The position numbers and the translations under genes were made by a program. Below the pieces are notes generated by a model that saw only the letters and a list, made by a program, of their open reading frames with translations, had not been told where the DNA came from and did no database searches. Positions 10,912 through 19,534 of a stretch of 64,000 nucleotides of DNA are shown here, piece by piece. Location of the stretch: positions 7,461-71,460 of the forward strand of contig JBEVDR010000033.1 of assembly GCA_040513215.1 (NCBI GenBank), written 5' to 3'. The stretch is from Microbacteriaceae bacterium. GTDB lineage: Bacteria > Actinomycetota > Actinomycetes > Actinomycetales > Microbacteriaceae. The stretch's first letter is position 1. Each line of letters opens with the position of its first letter.

Positions 10912-11735
10912 CGGATGCGGCAGTCACCCGGAAGCCTCGCCACACGCTGCGGGCCGAGAAACTCGGGCTCGGCTACGACGGTCGGTCGATCATCAGCGAC
11001 CTCGACCTCACCGTTGCCGAGGGGCAGGTCACCGTGATCGTGGGCGCCAACGCGAGTGGCAAATCAACCCTGCTGCGGGGCATCTCGCGGCTGTTGAAAC
11101 CGGCGTCCGGACGGGTGACCCTGGACGGCCGCGACATCCACACGCAGGCCGCGAAAGACGTGGCGCGCACGGTCGGCATCCTGCCGCAGTCGCCGACGGC
11201 GCCGGAGGGCATCACCGTCGCCGACCTGGTCGGGCGTGGCCGATACCCGCATCAAGGCTGGTTCCGGCAGTGGACCAGCACGGATGACGCGCAGGTGACC
11301 GAGGCGCTGCGTGCGACCGACACCGCGCAGCTCGCCAGCCGGCGCATCGAGGAACTCTCTGGCGGTCAGCGCCAGCGGGTGTGGATCGCGATGGTGCTGG
11401 CGCAGGATCCCGACATCCTGCTGCTGGACGAGCCGACCACCTATCTCGACGTGACCCACCAGATCGAGGTGCTCGACCTGCTCACGGACCTCAACCGCAG
11501 CCGCGGCACCACCGTGGTGATGGTGCTGCACGACCTGAACATGGCCGCGCGCTATGCCGACCACATCGTGGTGATGGCGGCCGGCCAGATCATTGCCAGC
11601 GGCCCGCCGGTCGAGGTGATCTCAGCGGAGCTGGTGCAGAGCGCCTTCGCGCTGGAATCGCGCGTGATCGTCGACCCGGTGTGCGGGGCGCCGATGGTGG
11701 TGCCGGTGGGACGGTTCCACGGCGGGACCGTCTAG
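10908..11735 (+). CDS. Iron-siderophore ABC transporter ATP-binding protein
   Basis: Motifs GANASGKST, LSGGQRQRVWIA, LLDEPT and VLHDLN. ATGA overlap at 10908. Confidence 0.92.
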   Translation: MTDAAVTRKPRHTLRAEKLGLGYDGRSIISDLDLTVAEGQVTVIVGANASGKSTLLRGISRLLKPASGRVTLDGRDIHTQAAKDVARTVGILPQSPTAPEGITVADLVGRGRYPHQGWFRQWTSTDDAQVTEALRATDTAQLASRRIEELSGGQRQRVWIAMVLAQDPDILLLDEPTTYLDVTHQIEVLDLLTDLNRSRGTTVVMVLHDLNMAARYADHIVVMAAGQIIASGPPVEVISAELVQSAFALESRVIVDPVCGAPMVVPVGRFHGGTV

Positions 11736-11736
11736 C

Positions 11737-12330
11737 TCAGAACCACGCCGGTCGGTCGGCGACGAACTGCTCCGGCCGGATCAGCGGCTGCGCACGCGCC
11801 ACGGCGAGGTTGATCCTGGTGAGCAGCTCGGGGTTTGACACCCGGTAGTTGGTGAAGTCGGAGTCGCAGGCGTACACGCCGAGCGGCAGCGTCACCGCCT
11901 GGAAGAACCCGAACAGCGGCCGCAACTGGTGCTCGATGATGAGGGCGTGCCGGTCGCTGCCTCCGGTGGCGGCGAGCAGCACCGGCGTGTCGACGAGGTC
12001 GTACTGGCCGACGAAGTCGAACAGGTGCTTGAACAGGCCGCTGAACGAGGCACGATACACCGGGCTCGCGACCACGAGAAGGTCGGCCGTCTCGATGCGG
12101 CGCAGCTCCTCTTCGACCGATTCGGGCAGCTGCGTGCGGCTGATGGCCCCGGCGAGATCAGGGCCGATCCGTTCGAGCTCGACCAGGTGAGGGTCGATGG
12201 GGCGTTCCCTGGCGAGGCTGGCGATGATCTCGGTGACCAGCGCTGTCGTCTTCGAAGGGGACTGCAGGCTGCCCGAGACGCCCACCACAGAAAGCGGGCG
12301 GTCGAGGGTGCTGGTCGGTACGGATGCCAT
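11737..12330 (-). CDS. NAD(P)H-dependent FMN reductase (MsuE/SsuE-like)
   Basis: Motifs VSGSLQSPSKT, SPVYRASFSGLFKHLFD and ATGGSDRHALIIEHQLRPLF. Confidence 0.88.
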   Translation of the reverse strand: MASVPTSTLDRPLSVVGVSGSLQSPSKTTALVTEIIASLARERPIDPHLVELERIGPDLAGAISRTQLPESVEEELRRIETADLLVVASPVYRASFSGLFKHLFDFVGQYDLVDTPVLLAATGGSDRHALIIEHQLRPLFGFFQAVTLPLGVYACDSDFTNYRVSNPELLTRINLAVARAQPLIRPEQFVADRPAWF

Positions 12331-12410
12331 GGCCCGAGGCTAGGCGCCTCAGCGCCGAGAGTCGAAGCCGGGTGTCACATGATGTCACCATGTGACGTCA
12401 CGTGACGTGC

Positions 12411-12500
12411 CCGCAGGAGTACACCTCGGGAACCCTGCGGAACAAGCTGTTCGAGCAGGGCGCCCGGCTGCCCGAAACGCACCGCGGCGCGCAGTACAGG
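12411..12500 (+). pseudogene. C-terminal remnant of an NtaA/DmoA/DszA-type flavin monooxygenase
   Basis: Reads PQEYTSGTLRNKLFEQGARLPETHRGAQYR, resembling the family's C-terminal EY..GTLR.KLF..G.RLP..H motif. No upstream body is present. Confidence 0.6.
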
Positions 12501-12568
12501 TGCAGCCGGCGGCCGCGCGACACTCCTGAGTCGGCTGGAGCGGCGGGTGGTCGGGCCGGTCGCGCCGG

Positions 12569-13531
12569 TCAGAGCGCTCGCAGCTTCTCCAGCAGTGGAC
12601 CGGCGGCGGTGTCGAGGAACTCCTGCTGGGTTTCGTCGCCGATCTGCACCAAGGCGATGTCGGTGAAGCCTGCGGTCACGAACGGCCGGAAGCTGTCGGC
12701 GATCTCGTCGAGGTCGGGGCCGCATGCGATGCTCGCCGCGACATCCTCTGGCCGCACGAAGGCGCTCGCCCCGGTGAACCCCGCCGGGGTCGGCAGGTCG
12801 GCATTCACCCGCCAGCCGCCGCCGAACCAGCGGAACTGGTCGTGAGCGCGGGCGATTGCGGCATCTTTGTCCCGGTCCCAGCAGATGGGAAGCTGCCCCA
12901 TCGACCGGGCCTGCGGATTCTGCTCGCGCCAGCCGTCGACCAGCGTCTTATCCGGCTGGGTTGCGATCACGTGGTCGCCGAGCGGGGCGAACATCGACAC
13001 GGATTTGTCGCCGGAGACGGCCACGGCGATCGGCACGCCCTCATCCGGAACATCCCAGATGCGGGCAGAGTCAACACGGAAGTACTCGCCCTGCCAGGTG
13101 ACCAGCTCACCGCCGTGCAGCGCGCGGATCACCGAGATCGCCTCGGCCAGCATGTTCTGGCGAACATCAACCGACGGCCAGCCCTCGCCGATGACATGCT
13201 CATTGAGGTTCTCACCGGATCCGAGGCCGAGGATGAAGCGACCGTCGCCCAGTAGCTGCAGGGTGGCAGCCTTCTGCGCCACCACCGCTGGGTGGTAGCG
13301 CATGGTCGGGCAGGTGATGTACGTCGCGATCTCCACCCGTTCGGTGGCGTGCGCGACCGCACCGAGCACCGACCAGGCGTATGGCGAGTGCCCCTGCGCG
13401 ACGAGCCAGGGGGAGTAGTGGTCGCTGCACACTTCGAAGTCGAAACCCACGCGCTCTGCCGCGATGGCGTAGCGCACGAGCTCCTTCGGGCCGCTCTGCT
13501 CGCTCATCAGGGTGTAGCCGAATCGTGTCAT
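12569..13531 (-). CDS. F420-dependent LLM-class oxidoreductase (TIGR03557-like)
   Basis: Motifs GYTLMSEQSGP, SDHYSPW, YHPAVVAQKAATL and LGLGSGENLNEH. Confidence 0.87.
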   Translation of the reverse strand: MTRFGYTLMSEQSGPKELVRYAIAAERVGFDFEVCSDHYSPWLVAQGHSPYAWSVLGAVAHATERVEIATYITCPTMRYHPAVVAQKAATLQLLGDGRFILGLGSGENLNEHVIGEGWPSVDVRQNMLAEAISVIRALHGGELVTWQGEYFRVDSARIWDVPDEGVPIAVAVSGDKSVSMFAPLGDHVIATQPDKTLVDGWREQNPQARSMGQLPICWDRDKDAAIARAHDQFRWFGGGWRVNADLPTPAGFTGASAFVRPEDVAASIACGPDLDEIADSFRPFVTAGFTDIALVQIGDETQQEFLDTAAGPLLEKLRAL

Positions 13532-13639
13532 GGGGGTGCTCCCTTCGCCGGTCGATTCTCGACGCTATGCCGGGGCAGTCACCCGCGACACCCTGCTCAG
13601 GAACTTCCCAGTCGCGCACGCCACCTTTCATGCGCTACC

Positions 13640-13673
13640 TTAGGCAAGGCAAACCTAAGTAAGGCTTGCCTTC
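13640..13673 (+). promoter_or_regulatory. Two overlapping IdeR/DtxR boxes
   Basis: TTAGGCAAGGCAAACCTAA (13640-13658, 17/19) and CTAAGTAAGGCTTGCCTTC (13655-13673, 15/19) upstream of the siderophore-binding protein. Confidence 0.8.
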
Positions 13674-13694
13674 CCCTTTGCACAAGGAGTCCCC

Positions 13695-14708
13695 GTGACC
13701 GTACGTCCCCTCGCGATCGTCGCCGCTCTCACGGCGTCGATGCTGGCCATCACCGGATGCGCCACCGCCAACTCGTCCGACGCTGACAGTGGGTCGGGCG
13801 GTGACTTCAGCCCCGTTAGCATCGAGCACGCGTTCGGTGAGACCGAGATCAGCGCGGCGCCCGAACGGGTGGTGACGCTCGGTTGGGGCAGCACCGATGC
13901 CGCGCTCGCGCTCGACGTGGTCCCCGTGGCCATGGAAGCACAGAGCTACGCCGGCGACGAGAACGGCGTGCTGCCCTGGGTGGCCGAGAAGCTCGACGCG
14001 ATGGGGGAAGAGACCCCCACGGTGATCCCCGAATCCACCGAGGCGCCCGCCTACGAGCAGATCGCCGAGGCGGCACCCGACCTGATCCTGGCCGTCTACT
14101 CCGGCATCACCGAGGAACAGTACGCCCTGCTGAGCGAGATCGCGCCGACCGTGGCGTACCCCGACGAGGCGTGGGCGACGCCGTGGCGCGATGTGATCAG
14201 CACGGTCGGCGACGCGCTCGGCAAGTCGGCCGAGGCAGACGCCGTGCTCGCTGAGATCGACGCCGTCGTCGACGAGCAGGCGGCAGCCCATCCGGAGCTT
14301 GCGGGCAAGACTGTCGCGGCCGTCTGGGATGTCGGCGGAACCTTCTACGTGTACAAGCCGGCTGACCCGCGGGTGGCGTTCCTGCTCGACCTCGGCATGG
14401 TGAGCGCTCCCGCCGTGGACGAGCTCGCCAGCGGCGACTCGACGTTCTACTACACGCTGAGCTATGAGCAGCTCGACAAGCTTGAGGCCGACATCCTGGT
14501 GAACTACGCCGATGACGACGCGGCGGCCGAGGCGTTCCTCGCGGCCAGCTACGCGCAGGCGATCCCCGCAGTAGAGGCGGGCACGGTGGCCTCGGTCACC
14601 GGCACCCAGTTGGTCTCCTCGGTCTCCCCGCCCACGGCACTGTCGCTCACCTGGGGTATCGACGAGTACGTCGCGGCGCTGGCCAGCGCGGCCGCGGCCA
14701 CTAAGTAG
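13695..14708 (+). CDS. Iron-siderophore ABC transporter substrate-binding lipoprotein
   Basis: Lipobox ITGC; motifs IEHAFGET, PERVVTLGW and EQIAEAAPDLIL; SD AAGGAG. Confidence 0.9.
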   Translation: MTVRPLAIVAALTASMLAITGCATANSSDADSGSGGDFSPVSIEHAFGETEISAAPERVVTLGWGSTDAALALDVVPVAMEAQSYAGDENGVLPWVAEKLDAMGEETPTVIPESTEAPAYEQIAEAAPDLILAVYSGITEEQYALLSEIAPTVAYPDEAWATPWRDVISTVGDALGKSAEADAVLAEIDAVVDEQAAAHPELAGKTVAAVWDVGGTFYVYKPADPRVAFLLDLGMVSAPAVDELASGDSTFYYTLSYEQLDKLEADILVNYADDDAAAEAFLAASYAQAIPAVEAGTVASVTGTQLVSSVSPPTALSLTWGIDEYVAALASAAAATK

Positions 14709-14777
14709 CGAGGTAGCGCGCGAGCGACCAGCGGATGCTCGTCTCCTTGGCGCCCACAAGTTGGTAGTCTCAAGGGG

Positions 14778-15434
14778 ATGTCAGCCCGCTGGTCGCTCGT
14801 ACTCCCGGTGAAGGGAGCCAATGGCAAATCCCGGCTGACCCTGCCGGATCACCACCTGCGTTCTCCGCTCGCCGTCGCGTTCGCGCTGGACGCGCTCGAC
14901 GCGGTGCTCGGCGCCGCATCGGTCGGCCGCGTGATCGTGGTGACCTCGGATGCGGCGGTCAGTAGCGCGCTCCGCGAAACCAGGGCCGAGCTCGTGCCCG
15001 ACCCCGGCGAGGGGTTGAACGCCGCGATCCGCGCCGGCCTTGCGGTGCTCGCCCCCGCGGATCCCGCCGTGCGCGACGCTTCGTACTCCGCAGTGCTCGC
15101 GCCCTCGCAGCCCGCCGGCGTGCTGCTCGCCGATCTGCCCGCGCTCACCGCCGCAGACCTCGACGCCGCGCTCGCTACAGTGGCGACCCACCCGCTTGCG
15201 CTGGTGCCCGATGCCGACGGCACTGGGTCCACCCTGATCACCGCGCAGCGAGTCGGCGACCTGGTGCCCCGGTTCGGCGTGGGATCGAGGGCCGCCCACG
15301 AGAAGGCCGGTCACGTCCCGATCGAGCTGCCCGCGGCATCCGGTCTCCGCCGCGACGTCGACAGTGAGTCCGACCTGAACCAGGCGCTCGCCCTGGGCGT
15401 CGGCCGGCACACGAGAGCCGCGCTCGACCTCTAG
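14778..15434 (+). CDS. cofC: 2-phospho-L-lactate/PEP guanylyltransferase (CofC/FbiD)
   Basis: Motifs PVK...KSRL, GLNAA, ADLPAL, DGTGST, FGVGS..H and RRDVD. Confidence 0.9.
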   Translation: MSARWSLVLPVKGANGKSRLTLPDHHLRSPLAVAFALDALDAVLGAASVGRVIVVTSDAAVSSALRETRAELVPDPGEGLNAAIRAGLAVLAPADPAVRDASYSAVLAPSQPAGVLLADLPALTAADLDAALATVATHPLALVPDADGTGSTLITAQRVGDLVPRFGVGSRAAHEKAGHVPIELPAASGLRRDVDSESDLNQALALGVGRHTRAALDL

Positions 15435-15467
15435 CTGTTCGCAGAGCTCACCACAAGGATGGCGGGA

Positions 15468-16436
15468 TCAGTGGGCGCCGAGCCCCAGCTCCACGGCCGC
15501 CCTGACGATCGCGGCCGACTCCTCGAGTGTGGTCAGGTACAGCGGTCTCGCCGCCGCCCGCATCCCGGACGCCGCGAGATCGTCGACGACCGCGGCATCC
15601 GCGCTGTCCACCAGCCAGCCATCGAGCAGTCCGCCCGCAGACCGGGCTCCGTAGTGGCGCGCCACCGCATCCGCGCTCACCTGAACCCCGATCGCGGCCA
15701 GGCACTCGGCCGCCATCCCGCGTAGGGCGGCGCCGCCAATGATCGGTGACACGCCCACGACCGGCGCCGCGGTGCCGGCGAGCGCCGTCCGCATGCCCGG
15801 CACGCCGAGGATCGTCCCGATCGACACCACCGGGTTCGACGGGGCGAGCAGCACCACGTCCGCATCGGCGATCGCCGCGAGCACCTCCGGGGTGGGCTTT
15901 GCCGATTCCACCCCCACCTGCTCGAAGCCGAGCGCCGGGACGGCCGCCCGGGTCCGAACCCACCACTCCTCGAAGTGGATCAGCCCATCCGCGACCCGCA
16001 CGTGCGTCTCCACCGGCTGATCGCTCATCGGCAGCAGGGTCACGCCGAGCGGCCAGCGCGCGGCGAGCCGCTGGGTCGCCGCGGTGAGGCTCAGCCCGTC
16101 GCGCAGCAGGCTGGTGCGGGCCAGGTGTGTGCCGAGATCCAGGTCGCCGAGCGTGAACCAGGGCCAACCGAGCCCGTATGCCGCCAACTCCGCCGACACC
16201 CGTTCGCTCTCACCCGCGCGTCCCCAGCCGCGGTCGGTGTCGTTCACGCCGGCCAGCGCGTACATGATCGAGTCGAGGTCGGGGCAGACCCGCACCCCGG
16301 TCAGCCACAGGTCGTCGCCGGTGTTGACGACAACGCGGATGTCGGCATCCGGCATCGCGTGCCGCACGCCGCGCACGAACTTGGCGCCGCCGACGCCGCC
16401 GGCCAGCACAGTGATTCTGACGGGTCCAGCGATCAC
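15468..16436 (-). CDS. cofD: 2-phospho-L-lactate transferase (CofD/FbiA)
   Basis: Motifs LAGGVGGAKF, NTGDD, CPDLD, WFTLGDLDLGTH, LLPMSD, HFEEWWV and PSNPVVSIG. Confidence 0.95.
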   Translation of the reverse strand: MIAGPVRITVLAGGVGGAKFVRGVRHAMPDADIRVVVNTGDDLWLTGVRVCPDLDSIMYALAGVNDTDRGWGRAGESERVSAELAAYGLGWPWFTLGDLDLGTHLARTSLLRDGLSLTAATQRLAARWPLGVTLLPMSDQPVETHVRVADGLIHFEEWWVRTRAAVPALGFEQVGVESAKPTPEVLAAIADADVVLLAPSNPVVSIGTILGVPGMRTALAGTAAPVVGVSPIIGGAALRGMAAECLAAIGVQVSADAVARHYGARSAGGLLDGWLVDSADAAVVDDLAASGMRAAARPLYLTTLEESAAIVRAAVELGLGAH

Positions 16437-17230
16437 GAGTCCTCCTCGGGGGCGAATGCGATGACCGGTCGCCCGGTCCCGGGGTGCTGCAGCACGGTGG
16501 CCTGCACCCCGTACACGTCGTGGATGATCGGGGCGGTCAGCACCTCGCCGGGGGAGCCCGCGGCGACCACCCGTCCGTCGGCGAGTACGACGACGTGGTC
16601 GGCGTAGGTGGCGGCGAGGGTCAGGTCGTGCAGTGCAGCGACCACGGTCACCGAGTTCCGCGCCATCCGACGCAGCAGCGCCAGCGTCGACAATTGGGCG
16701 CGGATGTCGAGATGGTTCGTCGGCTCGTCGAGCAGCATCAGCTGAGGCTGCTGCGCGAGCGCCCGCGCCAGGTGCACCCTCTGCCGCTCACCGCCGGACA
16801 ACGAATCGAACAGCCGATCGGCGAAGCCATCCATCCCCACCGTGGCCAGCGCCTCCGTCACCACCGCGCCATCATCACCGGCGGATGCAGCGAGCATCGG
16901 CCGATGCGGAGTCCTGCCGAGCTCGACCGCGTCCCGCACACTCAGGCTGGACTCGGCGCTGAGCTCCTGCTCTACCACCGCAACCAGGCGCGCGCGGGCA
17001 CGCCGGCCGAGCTGCAGCAGGTCGTCGCGGTCGAACCGCACGCTGCCGGCCGACAGCGGCAGCAGCCCCGCCACCCCGCGCAACAGCGTGGTCTTGCCGG
17101 CACCGTTCGGACCGACGAGCGCGGTCACCGAACCTCCCGGTGCGGTCAGGTCGACGCCATCGATGATGCTGCGGCCGCCGAGGCTCATCCGCACCCCGCG
17201 CAGGGCAAGGCCGATCGAACCAGCGCTCAT
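16433..17230 (-). CDS. ABC transporter ATP-binding protein (putative Fo/F420-0 importer)
   Basis: Motifs GPNGAGKTT, LSGGERQR and LDEPTNHLD. Overlaps the cofD start. Confidence 0.85.
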   Translation of the reverse strand: MSAGSIGLALRGVRMSLGGRSIIDGVDLTAPGGSVTALVGPNGAGKTTLLRGVAGLLPLSAGSVRFDRDDLLQLGRRARARLVAVVEQELSAESSLSVRDAVELGRTPHRPMLAASAGDDGAVVTEALATVGMDGFADRLFDSLSGGERQRVHLARALAQQPQLMLLDEPTNHLDIRAQLSTLALLRRMARNSVTVVAALHDLTLAATYADHVVVLADGRVVAAGSPGEVLTAPIIHDVYGVQATVLQHPGTGRPVIAFAPEEDS

Positions 17231-18270
17231 CGAGTGCTCCGCCTCGCCAGCAGCGCCGCGAACACCGGAGCGCCCACGATTGCCGTGACGATGCCCACCG
17301 GCAACTCCCGCGGGTCGAACAGGGTGCGCGCCACGGTATCGGCCCAGATCAGCACGATCGCGCCGGTCAGCGCCACCAGCGGCAGCAGCAGCCGATGCCG
17401 TGCCCCGGTGAGCAACCGCACCGCGTGCGGCAGAACCAGTCCGATGAAGCCGATAGAGCCGCTCACCGACACCATCGCGCCGGTGAGCAGGGCGGTCACC
17501 GCCAGCAGCGTCCACCGGGTGGCCGCCACATTCACACCCAGGGCGGCCGCCGTGGTGTCGCCGAACGCGAACGCGTCGAGCAGCCGACCACTGAACAGCA
17601 CCGGCACGCCGATGACCAGCACCGCCGTGCCGGCGATCGCAACCGTGGTCCAGTCCGACCCGCTCAGCGAGCCGAGCAGCCAGTTCAGGATCTCACGGAA
17701 CGAATCGCCCTGCGCCGACCAGAAGATCACGAAGCTCGTCAGCGCTGCCGCGAGCGCCGACACGGCGACACCGGCGAGCACCGTGCGCGTCGGGGTGAGG
17801 ACGCCGGATGCGCCGGCCAGCAGCAGCGTAGCCAGCAGCGCGGCCAACGCCCCCACAAACGCGGCGATCGGCAGCAGCACGCCGAGCCCGAGCAGCAGCA
17901 CGCTGACCGCGCCAAGCGACGCCCCGGACGACAGGCCCAGCAGATACGGGTCGGCCAAAGGGTTGCGGGTGAGCGCTTGCATCACAGCCCCGCTCAGCGC
18001 CAGGCCCGCGCCCACCGCCGCCGCCGTGAGCACGCGCGGCAAGCGCAGCTCCCAGACGATCCCGTCGCGCAACACACTGAGCGGGCTGTCGCCCAGCCCG
18101 AGGTGGGCGGCCACACTCGCGAACACGTCGGCCGGGCGGATGTCGGCGGCGCCGAAGCAGATCGCGGCGACAATCGACGCCACGAGCAACGCGCTCAGCA
18201 GCACGCCCCAACCCCAGGGCGAGGCCCGGCGCCGGCCGGTGGCGGGCCTGTGCTGTGTCGTGTCCGTCAT
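17227..18270 (-). CDS. FecCD-type ABC permease (putative Fo/F420-0 importer)
   Basis: Motifs ELRLPRV, QALTRNPLADPYLLG, GSIGFIGL and ELPVG. In an operon with cofD. Confidence 0.85.
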   Translation of the reverse strand: MTDTTQHRPATGRRRASPWGWGVLLSALLVASIVAAICFGAADIRPADVFASVAAHLGLGDSPLSVLRDGIVWELRLPRVLTAAAVGAGLALSGAVMQALTRNPLADPYLLGLSSGASLGAVSVLLLGLGVLLPIAAFVGALAALLATLLLAGASGVLTPTRTVLAGVAVSALAAALTSFVIFWSAQGDSFREILNWLLGSLSGSDWTTVAIAGTAVLVIGVPVLFSGRLLDAFAFGDTTAAALGVNVAATRWTLLAVTALLTGAMVSVSGSIGFIGLVLPHAVRLLTGARHRLLLPLVALTGAIVLIWADTVARTLFDPRELPVGIVTAIVGAPVFAALLARRSTR

Positions 18271-18274
18271 CTGG

Positions 18275-19264
18275 TTAGCGGGCATCCAGCGCGGCCAGCT
18301 GGTCGAGGATCGAGGCCACCGCCTCCACATTCCGCACCCCGGCCTCACCGGCCGCGAACGGCACCGTGATGAACCGCCGCTCGGCCACCGCGTCCAGTTG
18401 CGCGGTCACCGGATTGGCGGTGAGCATCTCGATCTTCGACGCGGCCGTGTTCCAGCTCGCGTCCACCAGCACGATCACGTCGGGGTTGGCATCGATGATC
18501 GACTCCCAGCCGAGCGAGGCCCAGGTGTCGTTGACGTCGGCGGCCACGTTCGTGAGCCCTGCGGCATCCAGCATCATCTGGGGTGCGCCGATGCCCGCCC
18601 CGACATACGGGGTGTCCGTGCCCGAGGAGTACCAGAGCGCGGTCAGGCCGTCGGTCGAGGGCGACAGCGCTTCGAGCGCCCCCTGCTGCTCGGCCACCAG
18701 CTCCTCGGCCGCGTCTTCGGCGCCGAACACGGTGCCGGCCTCACGGATCTCGTCGAAGACCAGGTCGAAGGTGAGCTTCTCCGGCTTGTACCCGGGCTCC
18801 TTGCAGGCGGAGGGGGACACATAGCTGCCGATACCGAGCGATGCGAGAGCGTCCCGTTCGCCCGCGGTGTCGGACTTCAGGTTCGACTCCCAGCCGGCGT
18901 AGATGAAGTCGGGTTCGAGATCGAGCACCGCCTCCTGGGCGGGAGCGAAGTCACTGATCACCGGGATGTCGGCCGCCTCGACTGCCCACTGGTCGGGCAC
19001 TGGGCCGTCGGGGAAGGCCGTGCCGATGATCCGGTCGCCGAGCCCCAGGGCCAACAGCATCTCGGTCGTCGAGGACTTGATGGTGAGGATGCGCTCGGCG
19101 GGGCGCTCCACCGTCAGTTCGAAGCCGCAGTTGTCGATGGTCACCGGCACGGATGGGGTTGATGAGGTGGCCGGGCTCGAGGCTGGTGCCGTCGAGGCCG
19201 AACACCCGGTCAGGGCTACCGCGACGACCGCGAGAGAGAGCAGGGCATGGGGACGACGGGACAC
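18275..19264 (-). CDS. ABC substrate-binding lipoprotein, resembling the proposed F420-0 transporter family (TIGR03868-like)
   Basis: Lipobox LTGC; motifs DNCG, IKSSTTEMLLALG, AGWESN, SPSACK, PYVGAGIGAPQ and EAGVRN. First gene of the operon ending in cofD. Confidence 0.82.
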   Translation of the reverse strand: MSRRPHALLSLAVVAVALTGCSASTAPASSPATSSTPSVPVTIDNCGFELTVERPAERILTIKSSTTEMLLALGLGDRIIGTAFPDGPVPDQWAVEAADIPVISDFAPAQEAVLDLEPDFIYAGWESNLKSDTAGERDALASLGIGSYVSPSACKEPGYKPEKLTFDLVFDEIREAGTVFGAEDAAEELVAEQQGALEALSPSTDGLTALWYSSGTDTPYVGAGIGAPQMMLDAAGLTNVAADVNDTWASLGWESIIDANPDVIVLVDASWNTAASKIEMLTANPVTAQLDAVAERRFITVPFAAGEAGVRNVEAVASILDQLAALDAR

Positions 19265-19508
19265 AGGACTCCTTGTGGCTGGCTACGAATAGTCCGCGGG
19301 CTCAAGCTGCCGCGAACTCGAACCAGCTGCTTCAGCGCGAAGTCAGCGCACCGTGCCATACCGGCGCGGGGGTCGAGGTAAGGGATACGTTACTCGGTAT
19401 GTGCATGATCCGCGGTAGCGCAGGGCTTGTAGAGCCGCGTCGCCACGTCTAGGTTTACGCCAACGTCATATGCCGAACTGACTGAGAAATCTTTACGGCG
19501 CATGATGA

Positions 19509-19534
19509 CAGAACTAACAACGAGGTTTGTTCTG
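19509..19534. promoter_or_regulatory. Imperfect inverted repeat CAGAACTAAC-N6-GTTTGTTCTG; candidate operator for the pyrimidine operon
   Basis: 9 of 10 arm positions are complementary; lies in the AT-rich divergent intergenic region. Confidence 0.45.

Noticed and set aside
11737-12330. FMN reductase as part of the siderophore operon
   Set aside because: It is on the opposite strand, has its own promoter and has no IdeR box.
12402-12845. 147-aa ORF as an intact gene
   Set aside because: Only the first ~33 codons look protein-like. The rest is intergenic or antisense to the LLM gene, so it is treated as a remnant.
13681-13692. CACAAGGAGTCC shared upstream of both binding-protein genes (also at ~19266-19277, minus strand)
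   Set aside because: Mostly the Shine-Dalgarno sequence, and too short to call a regulatory repeat.
16484-19162. 892-aa plus-strand ORF
   Set aside because: Antisense shadow of the Fo/F420 transporter genes. It has no motifs, and long stop-free frames are expected at high GC.
19265-19392. Cobalamin riboswitch before a BtuF/FecB-like transporter
   Set aside because: No B12-box or GGGAA core is visible, and the operon ends in cofD.
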